DNA of 64,000 nt, taken from the NCBI GenBank assembly GCA_964618295.1, contig CAZTWV010000004.1, positions 10,953-74,952 on the forward strand, read 5' to 3'. Position numbers and translations under genes: made by a program. Every line of letters begins with the position of its first letter. Position 1 is the first letter of the stretch. The notes beneath the pieces are model-generated. The model searched no databases. It worked only from the letters and a program-made list of their open reading frames with translations, and was not told the DNA's origin. This DNA is from an uncultured Anaerolineales bacterium. GTDB taxonomy: Bacteria; Chloroflexota; Anaerolineae; Anaerolineales; UBA11858. Positions 1 through 8,559 of the stretch are shown here, piece by piece.

Positions 1-129
1 ATCCGAGAAGAACGGACACGGAAAAGTTGAAAACTATCCTCCGGCAGCCCGTAAAAAAGATCTAAGTTAATCCTGAAGGGAGTTCCGGCGCGGTGGTCAA
101 ATTGGGGGAGAAGTCTGTGGGTTGGGCCC

Positions 130-151
130 TAAGTGAAAATATTCACAATAT
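130..151. promoter_or_regulatory. Palindromic operator-like site, copy 1 (TAAGTGAAAATATTCACAATAT)
   Basis: Inverted repeat GTGAA/TTCAC read directly. The same 22-nt string recurs at 222-243 with one mismatch. The core AGTGA-N6-TCACA fits CRP/FNR-type and Rex-type box patterns. Confidence 0.5.
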
Positions 152-191
152 TAGAATTCTGTTAATACCTCTCCCTGAGGCGCTCCTGTCC

Positions 192-219
192 TTGCCAAAT
201 TGGGGAATGGTAGTACAAT
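192..219 (+). promoter_or_regulatory. Putative sigma70-type promoter for the AhpD-like gene
   Basis: -35 TTGCCA (192-197), 16-nt spacer, -10 TACAAT (214-219). It lies about 40 nt upstream of the start codon. Confidence 0.4.
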
Positions 220-221
220 CA

Positions 222-243
222 TAAGTGAAAAAATTCACAATAT
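222..243. promoter_or_regulatory. Palindromic operator-like site, copy 2 (TAAGTGAAAAAATTCACAATAT)
   Basis: 21 of 22 nt identical to copy 1. It sits immediately downstream of the putative -10, a position typical of a repressor site. Confidence 0.5.
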
Positions 244-261
244 GAGCCCAGGAGGCAGTTG

Positions 262-612
262 ATGTCCGTTAAAAGTTATCCCGAATTTCATAAAAAAGTT
301 CAGGCCGGAATGGCGAAATATGGTGCCGAAAGCCCGGATACCATGGCCGCTTTTCAGAAACTGCACGAAGCAGGATCCACCCAGGGTGCGCTAAGCCCGA
401 AAATCAAAGAGTTAATCGCCCTGGCAATTGGCATTGCAGTTCGCTGTGATGGCTGCATTGCTTTTCATGTTCACGACGCCCTGGAAGCCGGCGCCACCAA
501 AGCAGAAATTGTTGATACGATTGGTGTTGCCATTCTGATGGGCGGCGGCCCCGCAGTGGTCTACGGTTCTTCAGCGCTGGAAGCACTTGAACAGTTTCAA
601 AATAACAAATAA
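262..612 (+). CDS. AhpD-core / carboxymuconolactone decarboxylase family protein
   Basis: GGAGG RBS 6 nt upstream of ATG 262. CxxC motif in RCDGCIAFHVH. Size of about 116 aa is typical of the family. Confidence 0.8.
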   Translation: MSVKSYPEFHKKVQAGMAKYGAESPDTMAAFQKLHEAGSTQGALSPKIKELIALAIGIAVRCDGCIAFHVHDALEAGATKAEIVDTIGVAILMGGGPAVVYGSSALEALEQFQNNK

Positions 613-635
613 TCGCGCTGCTTGAACGTTGATCA

Positions 636-669
636 AGCCCCGGAACTGCTCTGCTTCTGGGGCTTTTTT
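636..669 (+). terminator. Rho-independent terminator
   Basis: 10-bp stem (AGCCCCGGAA / TTCTGGGGCT, one G-U pair), 9-nt loop, followed by TTTTT. Confidence 0.7.
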
Positions 670-804
670 ATTTATGAAGAATCAGATCTTGAAACCAATC
701 TATTTTTATTTGCATTAACTATGATGTACAATAAATCCAGCTGAAAATCCAGCAGGAGATTTTCTTGGCACCGCTGCTGAATGAATTAATCAGGAGGCTG
801 TTCC

Positions 805-1065
805 ATGAATGAAATGCTCATGCTTGAATCTTTATTTCCAGGGGGAAGTCTTAAAGGGGGGATCCAGCTTGCAAACCGTTTGGATTGGGGCTTATCTATC
901 CAGAATACAGCAGATCACTGGGTGATATCCAGTGGGGACCAGACCTTGCTGCGAACAGAATCCCGGGAAGCCCTGGAAGCTTTTGTCTACGGTATGGGCC
1001 TGGCTTATGCTGTGCTCCCCGAAAACATTTTTTCAGAATTGGAAACTGCCCTCAACGAGGTGTAA
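805..1065 (+). CDS. Hypothetical protein (86 aa)
   Basis: ORF with a strong AGGAGG RBS upstream of the ATG. No recognisable motif. Confidence 0.5.
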   Translation: MNEMLMLESLFPGGSLKGGIQLANRLDWGLSIQNTADHWVISSGDQTLLRTESREALEAFVYGMGLAYAVLPENIFSELETALNEV

Positions 1066-1107
1066 AAATTTTTATTGATTTCATGTTTGACAGGAGGGAA
1101 GAAGTTG

Positions 1108-2031
1108 ATGTCTAAACGAATCAGGGCTTTGCTAATATCAAGCCGGGTAATCGCTCTTGGAGCAGCAGTCTTGATGCTGCTAGCTGCCAGCCTGGCATGT
1201 AATCTACCGGTTGGGGAAGCACCGGAAGCAGATCAACCCGAGATGATCGTTGAGACCAGTATTGCTCAGACGATTGCAGCAGCCGCCCAGGATTCTGCTG
1301 GAGAAGATACTGAACCAGATGACACCCCGGAGGAAGCAAGCTCGACACCTGGGCTGAGTGCTACTCCAGAACCAACTGCAACCGAAACCATCATTCCAAC
1401 CAGCACAGCGACTGCTGCCCCGGAATTTGCAAAAGTCTATGTCTCAGAAAATACTAACTGCCGCACGGGCCCCGGAGCGGTGTATGATTGGCTGACGGTA
1501 CTGCTGAGCGGAGAGGAAGCCGAGGTTTTTGCCAAGGATCCTGATCATAATTTCTGGTACATCCGGCAGCCTGAATCACCGGAAAACTTTTGCTGGCTGT
1601 GGGGCAGATACGCCACACCGGAAGGGGAGACGGAAAATTTGCCGGTTTATACACCACCCCCAACCCCAACTGCATCCTTTGCTTTTGATGTGTCTTACCA
1701 GAAACTGCTTGGTCCCTGCGGAGGGGATTATGCTTTGATGTACCGGATTGATAATGTAGGATCTTTCACACTGGAGTCCTGGCGGACAACGGCCATAGAT
1801 CATACAGGCGGAGCAGGCCCCCAGGAGTGGATAGAGGATTCATTTTATGAGTACTCTGGATGTTCATCGGTAAATCATCAGGTCGATTTGACTCCTGGAG
1901 AAAGCTATTATCTTTACACAAGGTTTGATAAAGATCCGAAGGGACATGACATCACATCGAAAATCAAGATCTGCACCAAAGATGGGCTTGGAGGGGAGTG
2001 CATGACAAAAAATTTCCGACATACCCCCTGA
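1108..2031 (+). CDS. Secreted/anchored protein with Pro/Thr/Glu-rich linker and Cys-containing SH3b-like module
   Basis: AGGAGGG RBS before ATG 1108. N-terminal hydrophobic helix (LLISSRVIALGAAVLMLLAASLA), then a PT/E-rich linker. The module NCRTGPG...FCWLWGRY recurs in the 26048-27169 product. Confidence 0.65.
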   Translation: MSKRIRALLISSRVIALGAAVLMLLAASLACNLPVGEAPEADQPEMIVETSIAQTIAAAAQDSAGEDTEPDDTPEEASSTPGLSATPEPTATETIIPTSTATAAPEFAKVYVSENTNCRTGPGAVYDWLTVLLSGEEAEVFAKDPDHNFWYIRQPESPENFCWLWGRYATPEGETENLPVYTPPPTPTASFAFDVSYQKLLGPCGGDYALMYRIDNVGSFTLESWRTTAIDHTGGAGPQEWIEDSFYEYSGCSSVNHQVDLTPGESYYLYTRFDKDPKGHDITSKIKICTKDGLGGECMTKNFRHTP

Positions 2032-2040
2032 GCAGCCTGG

Positions 2041-2075
2041 AGAGGGGCAGCCTCCAAGCTGCCCCTCTTTTTTAT
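2041..2075 (+). terminator. Rho-independent terminator
   Basis: Perfect 11-bp stem AGAGGGGCAGC / GCTGCCCCTCT, 6-nt loop, then a T-run. Confidence 0.85.
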
Positions 2076-2448
2076 TACGGGTTCGTTGAGCAGGAGTTGG
2101 ATGCCCGGTTCTGTTTGCTGGGAAAAATCCTGATCGGTTTTTGTGCAGCGGTGTGTTGGTACTGATCCTGTTCAGATTAGTTATTTCCGGTGCCGGATTG
2201 AATTCTGGCAGGATGGGCAGCGCCAGTTTTGTTTCGATAAAAGCCTGTTTCCCCGGTAAACCTGAAGGGAGTTAGGGTAAGCAGCATCAGGAAGCCCCGG
2301 CAATTCATAAATCCCAGCTCATCCCTTTTTTGATGTTCCAGAGCACATCACAAGGATTGGATAGACTTTTATTTTTGATCTGGTATATAAAAAACATATC
2401 TTTTCTTATCGAACAAAGGAAGAAACCCTGACAAAGTTTCAAGATAAA

Positions 2449-2847
2449 ATGAAAGATATCCTGGATAACTGGAGAATAACTATGAGTATCGACGCAATTA
2501 ATCTGAGTCAAAAATTGGCTTTGATATCTGAACCATGGGACCCAAAAATTGTTGCCCGGCTCAATAATTATCATGTGAAGATAGCGAAGATTGAGGGGGA
2601 ATTCGTCTGGCACAGCCATCCGGAAACTGATGAACTTTTTTTGGTGGTTGAAGGGGAAATGGTGATGAATCTTCGAGATCATCAGCTGCCGCTCAAAAGC
2701 GGGGAGCTTTGTGTTGTGCCTGCCGGAGTGGAGCATAAGCCAGCCGCCGATGGTGTTTGTTCAATCCTGATGCTTGAACCAGCTGGGACGCTGAACACTG
2801 GAGATGCCGGCGGTGAACATACCATTCAGGAAGTAGACTGGATCTGA
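2449..2847 (+). CDS. Cupin domain protein
   Basis: Cupin motifs [17 protein letters not shown] and [14 protein letters not shown]. The start could instead be ATG 2482. Confidence 0.75.
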   Translation: MKDILDNWRITMSIDAINLSQKLALISEPWDPKIVARLNNYHVKIAKIEGEFVWHSHPETDELFLVVEGEMVMNLRDHQLPLKSGELCVVPAGVEHKPAADGVCSILMLEPAGTLNTGDAGGEHTIQEVDWI

Positions 2848-2878
2848 TCCTTGTGAATCGCAGCTGCAGGAGAGTAAA

Positions 2879-3904
2879 ATGTTGAAAAAATTGGGATCTG
2901 TCTGGGAACCAGGAGCATACCACGGCCGGGGAACGGATCGGGTTTATTTTGAAGGCTGGTATGTAAAGCTGGTAAATCAAGATCTCTCAGAACGCTGGGC
3001 AGTTATCCCGGGTGTTTTTAATCACCCGGATCCTGAGCGGGCGCACGCATTTATTCAAATATTAAATGGGAGTACCAGCCGGGTTGAGTATCACCGTTTT
3101 CCCCAAAGTGATTTTTCCGCTTCGCGATCGAAATTTGAGGTACAAATCGGTTCCAATCATTTTTCTGAAAAGGGTTGTGAGCTGGATATTGAAAATGAGT
3201 CCCAGACGATCAAAGGATCAGTCCAGTTTGGTGATCTCCGCCCCTGGCCGGTCAGGTTATTTTCTCCCGGTGTGATGGGGCCATTTGGTTTGCTTCCTTT
3301 TATGCAAACCTACCACGGAGTGCTCAGTCTGGATCATTTTCTCAGAGGATCTTTATCTATCAATCACCAACCAGTTTCCTTTGATGAGGGACGGGGGTAT
3401 TTGGAAAAGGACTGGGGGAGTACTTTTCCGCGGGCTTACATCTGGATTCAAACCAATCATTTTTCCAGATCAGGTGTCTCCCTGACAGCATCTGTGGCGA
3501 CCATACCCTGGTTGGGAAACTGGTTTCGTGGATTTCTTCTCGGGCTGCTGGTGGATGGGAAGCTGTACCGGTTTGCTACCTATCTGGGTTCGAAGATTAC
3601 CAGGATCTCTCTCTCAGATCAGGAAATAGGCTGGGAGTTGGAAGGAACTGCGAGGTCCGATCTGGACTCCAGATATCCCAAATACAGACTGGAGCTGAAG
3701 GCAGAACGTGGTACCGGGGGCATGCTTTCCTCGCCTGAATTGGATGGAATGACTCCCAGGATCCTTGAAAGTTTGACAGCTTCGGTCGAAGTCAGGCTAA
3801 CAGGCTGCAATCGCCAGGGCCAGCCAGAAGAAATTTTCTACCAAGGAAAGGGGGACTGTGCCGGTTTAGAGGTTGCTGGATCGGTCTCAGAAATCACAGA
3901 TTGA
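2879..3904 (+). CDS. Tocopherol cyclase-like family protein (tentative)
   Basis: The N-terminal YHGRGTDRVYFEGWYVKL resembles the H-x-G...FEGWY signature of the tocopherol cyclase family. RBS GGAGAG. Confidence 0.45.
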   Translation: MLKKLGSVWEPGAYHGRGTDRVYFEGWYVKLVNQDLSERWAVIPGVFNHPDPERAHAFIQILNGSTSRVEYHRFPQSDFSASRSKFEVQIGSNHFSEKGCELDIENESQTIKGSVQFGDLRPWPVRLFSPGVMGPFGLLPFMQTYHGVLSLDHFLRGSLSINHQPVSFDEGRGYLEKDWGSTFPRAYIWIQTNHFSRSGVSLTASVATIPWLGNWFRGFLLGLLVDGKLYRFATYLGSKITRISLSDQEIGWELEGTARSDLDSRYPKYRLELKAERGTGGMLSSPELDGMTPRILESLTASVEVRLTGCNRQGQPEEIFYQGKGDCAGLEVAGSVSEITD

Positions 3905-4599
3905 GCAATCAGGAAAAAATGCTGAATATCTCAGCTAACTGGCTTGAAGAATACAACCAGTATCGGGTGGGAATCCTGGCACTGGAAAACCTAAAAAACC
4001 CTCCGTCCCATCCGGCACTGGAAGATGCTGCTTATAAAACAGCTGCCCGGCTCCGTGAAAAGTACCGGTGGTTTGACCGCCAATCTCTGCGCCAGCTGCC
4101 GGAGTTCGCTGCTTATCATGCTTTTTACCGCCGGTTCCGGAAGTCATATCATGTTCTCCTGCAGCTCGAATCTGTAGTTTTTTCAGATAAACCAATCCGT
4201 TCATCCTCTGCTCTGGTAACAGCGATGTTCCTTTCCGAGCTGGAGACCGGTCTTCTGACCGCGGTTCATGATCAGGATTTTCTCAATCAACCTCTCAGGG
4301 CTGATACTGCTGAAGGAAATGAGTCCTTCCTGCAGTTCTCCGGTCAGCGAAAAACACTTAAATTGGGGGATCTGTACATCGCAGATCAGGATGGCATTAT
4401 ATCCAGTGTGATTTATGGACCGGACTCCAGAACCCGGATCCGATCTGACACGACCCGGGCCCTCTTCACTACATACGGTATGCCTGGTATCTCCCGGGAA
4501 AAGATTGAATCCCAGCTGCTCTGTCTTGAAAATTTAGTCCGACTTTATTCACCGGATCTGAGCCGTAAAGCCCTTGAGATTTTCCCCTGCCAGTCTTAG
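3901..4599 (+). CDS. B3/B4 tRNA-binding-domain-like protein (tentative)
   Basis: The pattern AYHAFYRRF...LLQLESVV...GDLYIADQDGIISSVIYGPDSRTRIRSDTTRALF resembles stand-alone PheT B3_4 domain proteins. TTG 3901 overlaps the upstream stop; ATG 3919 is an alternative start. Confidence 0.45.
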   Translation: MSNQEKMLNISANWLEEYNQYRVGILALENLKNPPSHPALEDAAYKTAARLREKYRWFDRQSLRQLPEFAAYHAFYRRFRKSYHVLLQLESVVFSDKPIRSSSALVTAMFLSELETGLLTAVHDQDFLNQPLRADTAEGNESFLQFSGQRKTLKLGDLYIADQDGIISSVIYGPDSRTRIRSDTTRALFTTYGMPGISREKIESQLLCLENLVRLYSPDLSRKALEIFPCQS

Positions 4600-4614
4600 T
4601 GGTCGGGAAGCGGG

Positions 4615-5628
4615 CTAAAGTCTGGCAACCTGTTCGGAATGAGCGGATCGGTATAAGGCCAGAACGGTAGCGACATGATTCCTGGATTCTTCAAGGGAGA
4701 TCAATGGTTCTGCCCCGTCTAGAATCACCGCGTGCATATCTTCTACTTCACCCAGGTAAAGTGATTTCCGTGATATTCTGATTTTGCGGTGTCTTCCTTT
4801 TTTATTTGTGAATATCAGTTTCCTGCCTCGATTCAGATTTGTGAAAGGGTGGGTAATTTCCAGTTTTCCTTCGGTTCCAATGATTTCGGCCCGGGTGTGA
4901 AAAGGGGTTTCAAAAGAGCAGGAGATCTGGGCTAAAGGTCCGGATTGGTCATATCCGCTGTACCCGAGCAGCCCGGAGAATGATTCATCAACCCGAGTTT
5001 CCCCCATCTTCCTGGAACCGAAAACCCAGCTTGGAGCACGGCCTATCACGTACTGGGCCAGGCTGACCGGGTAAACACCAATATCCCAGAGGGAACCTCC
5101 CCCGAATTCAGGAATTAAACGGACATTCAAGTTCCCCGGTTGGCGCTGCTTCTCCGGGAGAAGGAAGTTAAAGACCCCCCGGACCTGTTTGATTTCCCCC
5201 AGTTTTCCGCTCCGGACTATCTGACCGATTTTCTTGGTTTGAGGGTGGTGGCGGTACATGAAAGCCTCGGCCAGCGCCAGCCCGTGTTCGCGGCTGGCTG
5301 CAATCATCGCATCTACTTCTTCCAATGTGTTGGCGAAAGGTTTCTCACAGAGAACATGAAGGCCGGAATTTAATGCCTTAATTGTATATTCAGCGTGAAG
5401 GTGATTGGGAAGACTGATATAAACAGCATCTACTTCACCCGCATCAAACATCGCCTGGTAATCACCATATGCGAGCGGGATCTCCCATTCCCGGGCATAA
5501 ACCTGGGCTTTTTCCAGGGAACGGCTGGCTACAGCCACCAGTTCTCCCCGCTCTGATTCCCGGATTGCTGGAATCAATTTTTTGTTGATATTTGCAGTTG
5601 ACACTAAACCCCAACGGATGGTGCTCAT
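4615..5628 (-). CDS. Gfo/Idh/MocA family oxidoreductase
   Basis: N-terminal Rossmann segment IRWGLVSTANINKK and EKP motif (VLCEKPFA). GGAG RBS 6 nt upstream of ATG 5628. Confidence 0.8.
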   Translation of the reverse strand: MSTIRWGLVSTANINKKLIPAIRESERGELVAVASRSLEKAQVYAREWEIPLAYGDYQAMFDAGEVDAVYISLPNHLHAEYTIKALNSGLHVLCEKPFANTLEEVDAMIAASREHGLALAEAFMYRHHPQTKKIGQIVRSGKLGEIKQVRGVFNFLLPEKQRQPGNLNVRLIPEFGGGSLWDIGVYPVSLAQYVIGRAPSWVFGSRKMGETRVDESFSGLLGYSGYDQSGPLAQISCSFETPFHTRAEIIGTEGKLEITHPFTNLNRGRKLIFTNKKGRHRKIRISRKSLYLGEVEDMHAVILDGAEPLISLEESRNHVATVLALYRSAHSEQVARL

Positions 5629-5846
5629 CTTCAACTCCTTCTTTTCCGCTTATCCTGATTGTATGATAAATTCAGAATTCTATCTTATTCAATTGTAGAA
5701 TTAATAATGTACAAAGTTATTCAGCTCTCAGGTGTTTCCATTCGTTGTTATAATCAGCCGTAGCTCTCAGATTGCAAAAACCTGAACTTGGGGCCTCCTG
5801 ATTCTGGTTTTAAATTTGGATATTTCATCATTATTGGAGGGTAGAG

Positions 5847-6194
5847 TTGTTATCTGAATATATACCAGTGCTGATTTCTGTTCTGATCATTTTTATGATT
5901 GCTTTCTTAGAGAAAAGAAGCAAGCTGGTGGCGGCGGTAACTGCCACAATGCCGATTAAAGTTCCCCTGGCTCTCTGGGTTGTGGTGGCAGCCAATCCTG
6001 GAGATGGATTGGCTGTTGAGAATTTCAGCCGCAGTTTGGTGATTGGGATTATACCGACCCTTGGTTTCCTGGTTTCAGCCTGGTTTGGGTTCCGGAAAGG
6101 GCTCAAACTTGTTCCGGTGATTCTGATTGGTTTTGGTGTCTGGGCTTCCGGAGTAGGTTTGACTTTTATTTTCCGTTCCGCCCTGGGAGTTTAA
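5847..6194 (+). CDS. Small 4-TM membrane protein, paralog A
   Basis: TTG start preceded by GGAGGG. Four hydrophobic segments. Shares LVAAVTATMPxKVPLALWVV with the next gene. Confidence 0.65.
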   Translation: MLSEYIPVLISVLIIFMIAFLEKRSKLVAAVTATMPIKVPLALWVVVAANPGDGLAVENFSRSLVIGIIPTLGFLVSAWFGFRKGLKLVPVILIGFGVWASGVGLTFIFRSALGV

Positions 6195-6241
6195 GGATAT
6201 GATTCTCCAATTTGATTCTGATTTAAGGCGGGATCTGTCAT

Positions 6242-6592
6242 ATGAAGCGGAATGAAATTATCCCTGTTGTAATCTCCGCCCTGGTGATTGTTCTGGTGGC
6301 TGTCCTTCAGAACCAATCCAGGCTGGTTGCGGCTGTGACGGCAACCATGCCCACGAAAGTACCTCTCGCTTTATGGGTAGTGTATGCCGCCAACAAGGGC
6401 TCCAGGGAAACCATGGAAACCTTCAGCCGGAGTCTGCTGGTTGGGATTTTTCCAACTATAGGATTTTTACTGGCAGCCTGGTTTGCAGCCCGTGCTGGCT
6501 GGAGTTTCTTATTGATTTTAACAGTTGGCTATGCTGTCTGGGTCTTGAGCACCGGTTTAGTTTTTATTTTCCGGAACTGGTTAAAGATCTAA
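6242..6592 (+). CDS. Small 4-TM membrane protein, paralog B
   Basis: Clear paralog of 5847-6194 with the same length and TM layout. Confidence 0.65.
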   Translation: MKRNEIIPVVISALVIVLVAVLQNQSRLVAAVTATMPTKVPLALWVVYAANKGSRETMETFSRSLLVGIFPTIGFLLAAWFAARAGWSFLLILTVGYAVWVLSTGLVFIFRNWLKI

Positions 6593-6634
6593 AGATACTG
6601 GATTCCTGAAAGGGATATTTGGGGAGGTGATAGG

Positions 6635-7189
6635 ATGGTACGGTCTGGATTCAAACGTAACTGGAGTATTGAGGATACCGGGAGTATCAGGAAAAAGGTG
6701 ATTCTTTACCTGATCCTGTTTGTGGTCCTGATTGTGATTGGAGTCCGGACCCGGAACCCTGTTGATCTGGTGCGAGAGTTATCCGATTTATCAAATCAAA
6801 CATGGATTAGCCTGGGGTACTGGGCATCTGTTTTGATTTTTGGCTTTGCTGTGATCCGTTTTGTGATACAGCTCCGGCTGGCCGAGGAGTTAGATGAGAA
6901 CGGGGTTATCCTCCCGGCAAATATTGAAGATAAGCAAGTCATTCACACCTCGTTTTATATGAATTTTGTAATTTCATATCAATACTTGCAGGATCAAAGG
7001 GCAAAAGCCGAAGTCCCTTCAGACATCTTTTACCAGGCTCGAAGTGGGGATCAAATTGAAGTCCTATACCTGGAAAAGCGGCCCTCGGCCTCCCGGATCA
7101 TTTTAGATTCGATTCCAGCGCATGCTGATGAACGCCTGGAAGGACTCAAACCAACACCTTTCCGGGAGCATCGTACTTCTCAAGATTGA
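6635..7189 (+). CDS. Hypothetical membrane protein (184 aa)
   Basis: GGGGAGG RBS. Two hydrophobic helices followed by a soluble C-terminal domain. Confidence 0.55.
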   Translation: MVRSGFKRNWSIEDTGSIRKKVILYLILFVVLIVIGVRTRNPVDLVRELSDLSNQTWISLGYWASVLIFGFAVIRFVIQLRLAEELDENGVILPANIEDKQVIHTSFYMNFVISYQYLQDQRAKAEVPSDIFYQARSGDQIEVLYLEKRPSASRIILDSIPAHADERLEGLKPTPFREHRTSQD

Positions 7190-7223
7190 GCTTAATCAAG
7201 AATTTTTTGAGCGGAGGCTTGGT

Positions 7224-7640
7224 ATGGGAAATTCGGGAAACCTGATAGGAAAGACCCGGGATGCTGGATGGCAAATTGGCCTCAAGCGCACACTTCCTTT
7301 TCAAGCAGATCAGGTTTGGGAATGGATGCTGTCATCAGCCGGAGCAGATGTCTGGTAGGGGCCGGGAGCCCAAATTGAATGGAAAAAAGGAATGAAATAC
7401 AAACTTCCAGGCGGGACCGGAGGCGAGGTCAGGGTTTTTAAACCAGATTCCCATTTCCGGATCACCCGTCAGCCAGGTGGTTATCCGCGACCTTCAAGGA
7501 TTCAAGTCCGAATAATTAAACGGGGAAAAAAAACTCTCCTGGCTTTTCATGAAGAGCATTTACCCGATGAAAAAGAACTTCAGAAGCGCAAAACCCATTA
7601 TTTGCAGGTGGTAGAAAAGATTACAAATGATCTGGAATAG
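7224..7640 (+). pseudogene. SRPBCC / AHSA1-like domain gene interrupted by one in-frame TAG (7356-7358)
   Basis: ORFs 7122-7358 and 7392-7640 share a reading frame. The reading across the stop is ...GADVW*GPGAQIEWKKGMKYKL.... GGAGG RBS before ATG 7224. Confidence 0.6.
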
Positions 7641-7682
7641 TTGAGGTTGATCCTGCCTTGTTCAACTTGAAAGATCATGTTG

Positions 7683-7688
7683 TATAAT
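7683..7688 (+). promoter_or_regulatory. Possible -10 element (TATAAT) upstream of the CPBP gene
   Basis: TATAAT read at 7683-7688. The only -35 candidate is weak (TTCAAC, 16-nt spacer). Confidence 0.3.
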
Positions 7689-7736
7689 GTGGGGGTGTTT
7701 TACTAAGTGAGAATTCGTATCAATGAGTTAGGTGTG

Positions 7737-8537
7737 ATGAGTGTTGAAAGCATAAAAACCACAGCAGATGGAATAAAACCTCTGGCGGGAATGTCTTGGG
7801 GGGGATCACTGCTCTATTTTGGATTTCCTGCCTTGTTGATGGTGTGTGGTTATTATCTGATGATGCCTGCCTTAATCCGGAGGGGAATGCTGCCGTATTA
7901 TGCCTATGTCATCGGACTTGGAGTTCCGCTCCTGATGATGCTGGCGGCCTCCCTGGTGGTACTCCATCTGGAAGGTTATCCGGTCAATCTGGAATCGTTG
8001 GCAGTTCGCTTCAGGTATCAGAAAATGAAGGGCTCTGACTGGCTCTGGACCGGGGGCATCTTTATTCTTGAGATGGCTGTTTATCAGCTGCTAGTGCGGG
8101 TCTTCGCCTGGTTGATTGAGACTGGGGTTATGCCGCTGCCGAATAATCTGCCTGCTTTTGTGGACCCGGCGACTGTCTTTTCTCCGGACACGTTGGATCA
8201 GGCGGCGGGCGGTCTACGCGGCAACTGGGCAGTGTTTATTATTTCCTTTGTTTTGTTGATTGTCAATGTCGTGGGGGAAGAATTCTGGTGGCGGGGAGTA
8301 GTATTTCCACGGCAGGCCCTGGTTTTTGGGGCAGCAGTCTGGTTGGTGCACGGTTTGTTTTGGACGGGATTTCACGCTTACAAATTCTGGGATTTGCTTA
8401 ATTTACTGCCCCTCAGTTTGGGTTTGTCCTAAGTGGTGTACCGCACGGGAAACAGCACTCCAGGCTTAGTCATTCATTTCATCACAAATGGTGTTGGTTT
8501 GCTACCTATTTTATTCCGAACCCTGGGATGGCAGTGA
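7737..8537 (+). pseudogene. CPBP (CAAX-type) intramembrane metalloprotease gene interrupted by one in-frame TAA (8430-8432)
   Basis: The EExxxR motif (GEEFWWRG) and FxxxH lie upstream of the stop. The conserved HxxxN motif (VIHFITNG) continues in the same frame after it, down to TGA 8535-8537. Confidence 0.65.
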
Positions 8538-8559
8538 TATAGAATTTACAGGTAGATTT

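Noticed and set aside
72-2273. 13-nt exact repeat CCTGAAGGGAGTT at 72-84 and 2261-2273
   Set aside because: Exact 13-mers shared by chance are expected many times over in 64 kb on two strands. The flanking sequence shows only weak extra similarity, so there is no evidence of a repeat element.
5635-5846. Fluoride riboswitch / CrcB identity for the paired small membrane proteins
   Set aside because: The proteins lack the CrcB signature segments (GGxxGAxxR, GFxGGxTTFSTF). The upstream region shows nothing resembling the fluoride riboswitch core. I keep only the dual-topology observation.
7224-8537. Alternative genetic code or programmed recoding (such as pyrrolysine) as the explanation for the in-frame TAG and TAA
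   Set aside because: TAA, TAG and TGA all terminate other well-conserved genes in this window at the expected lengths. No Pyl or Sec machinery or recoding signals are visible. A nonsense mutation or sequence error is the more economical explanation, but it needs read-level confirmation.
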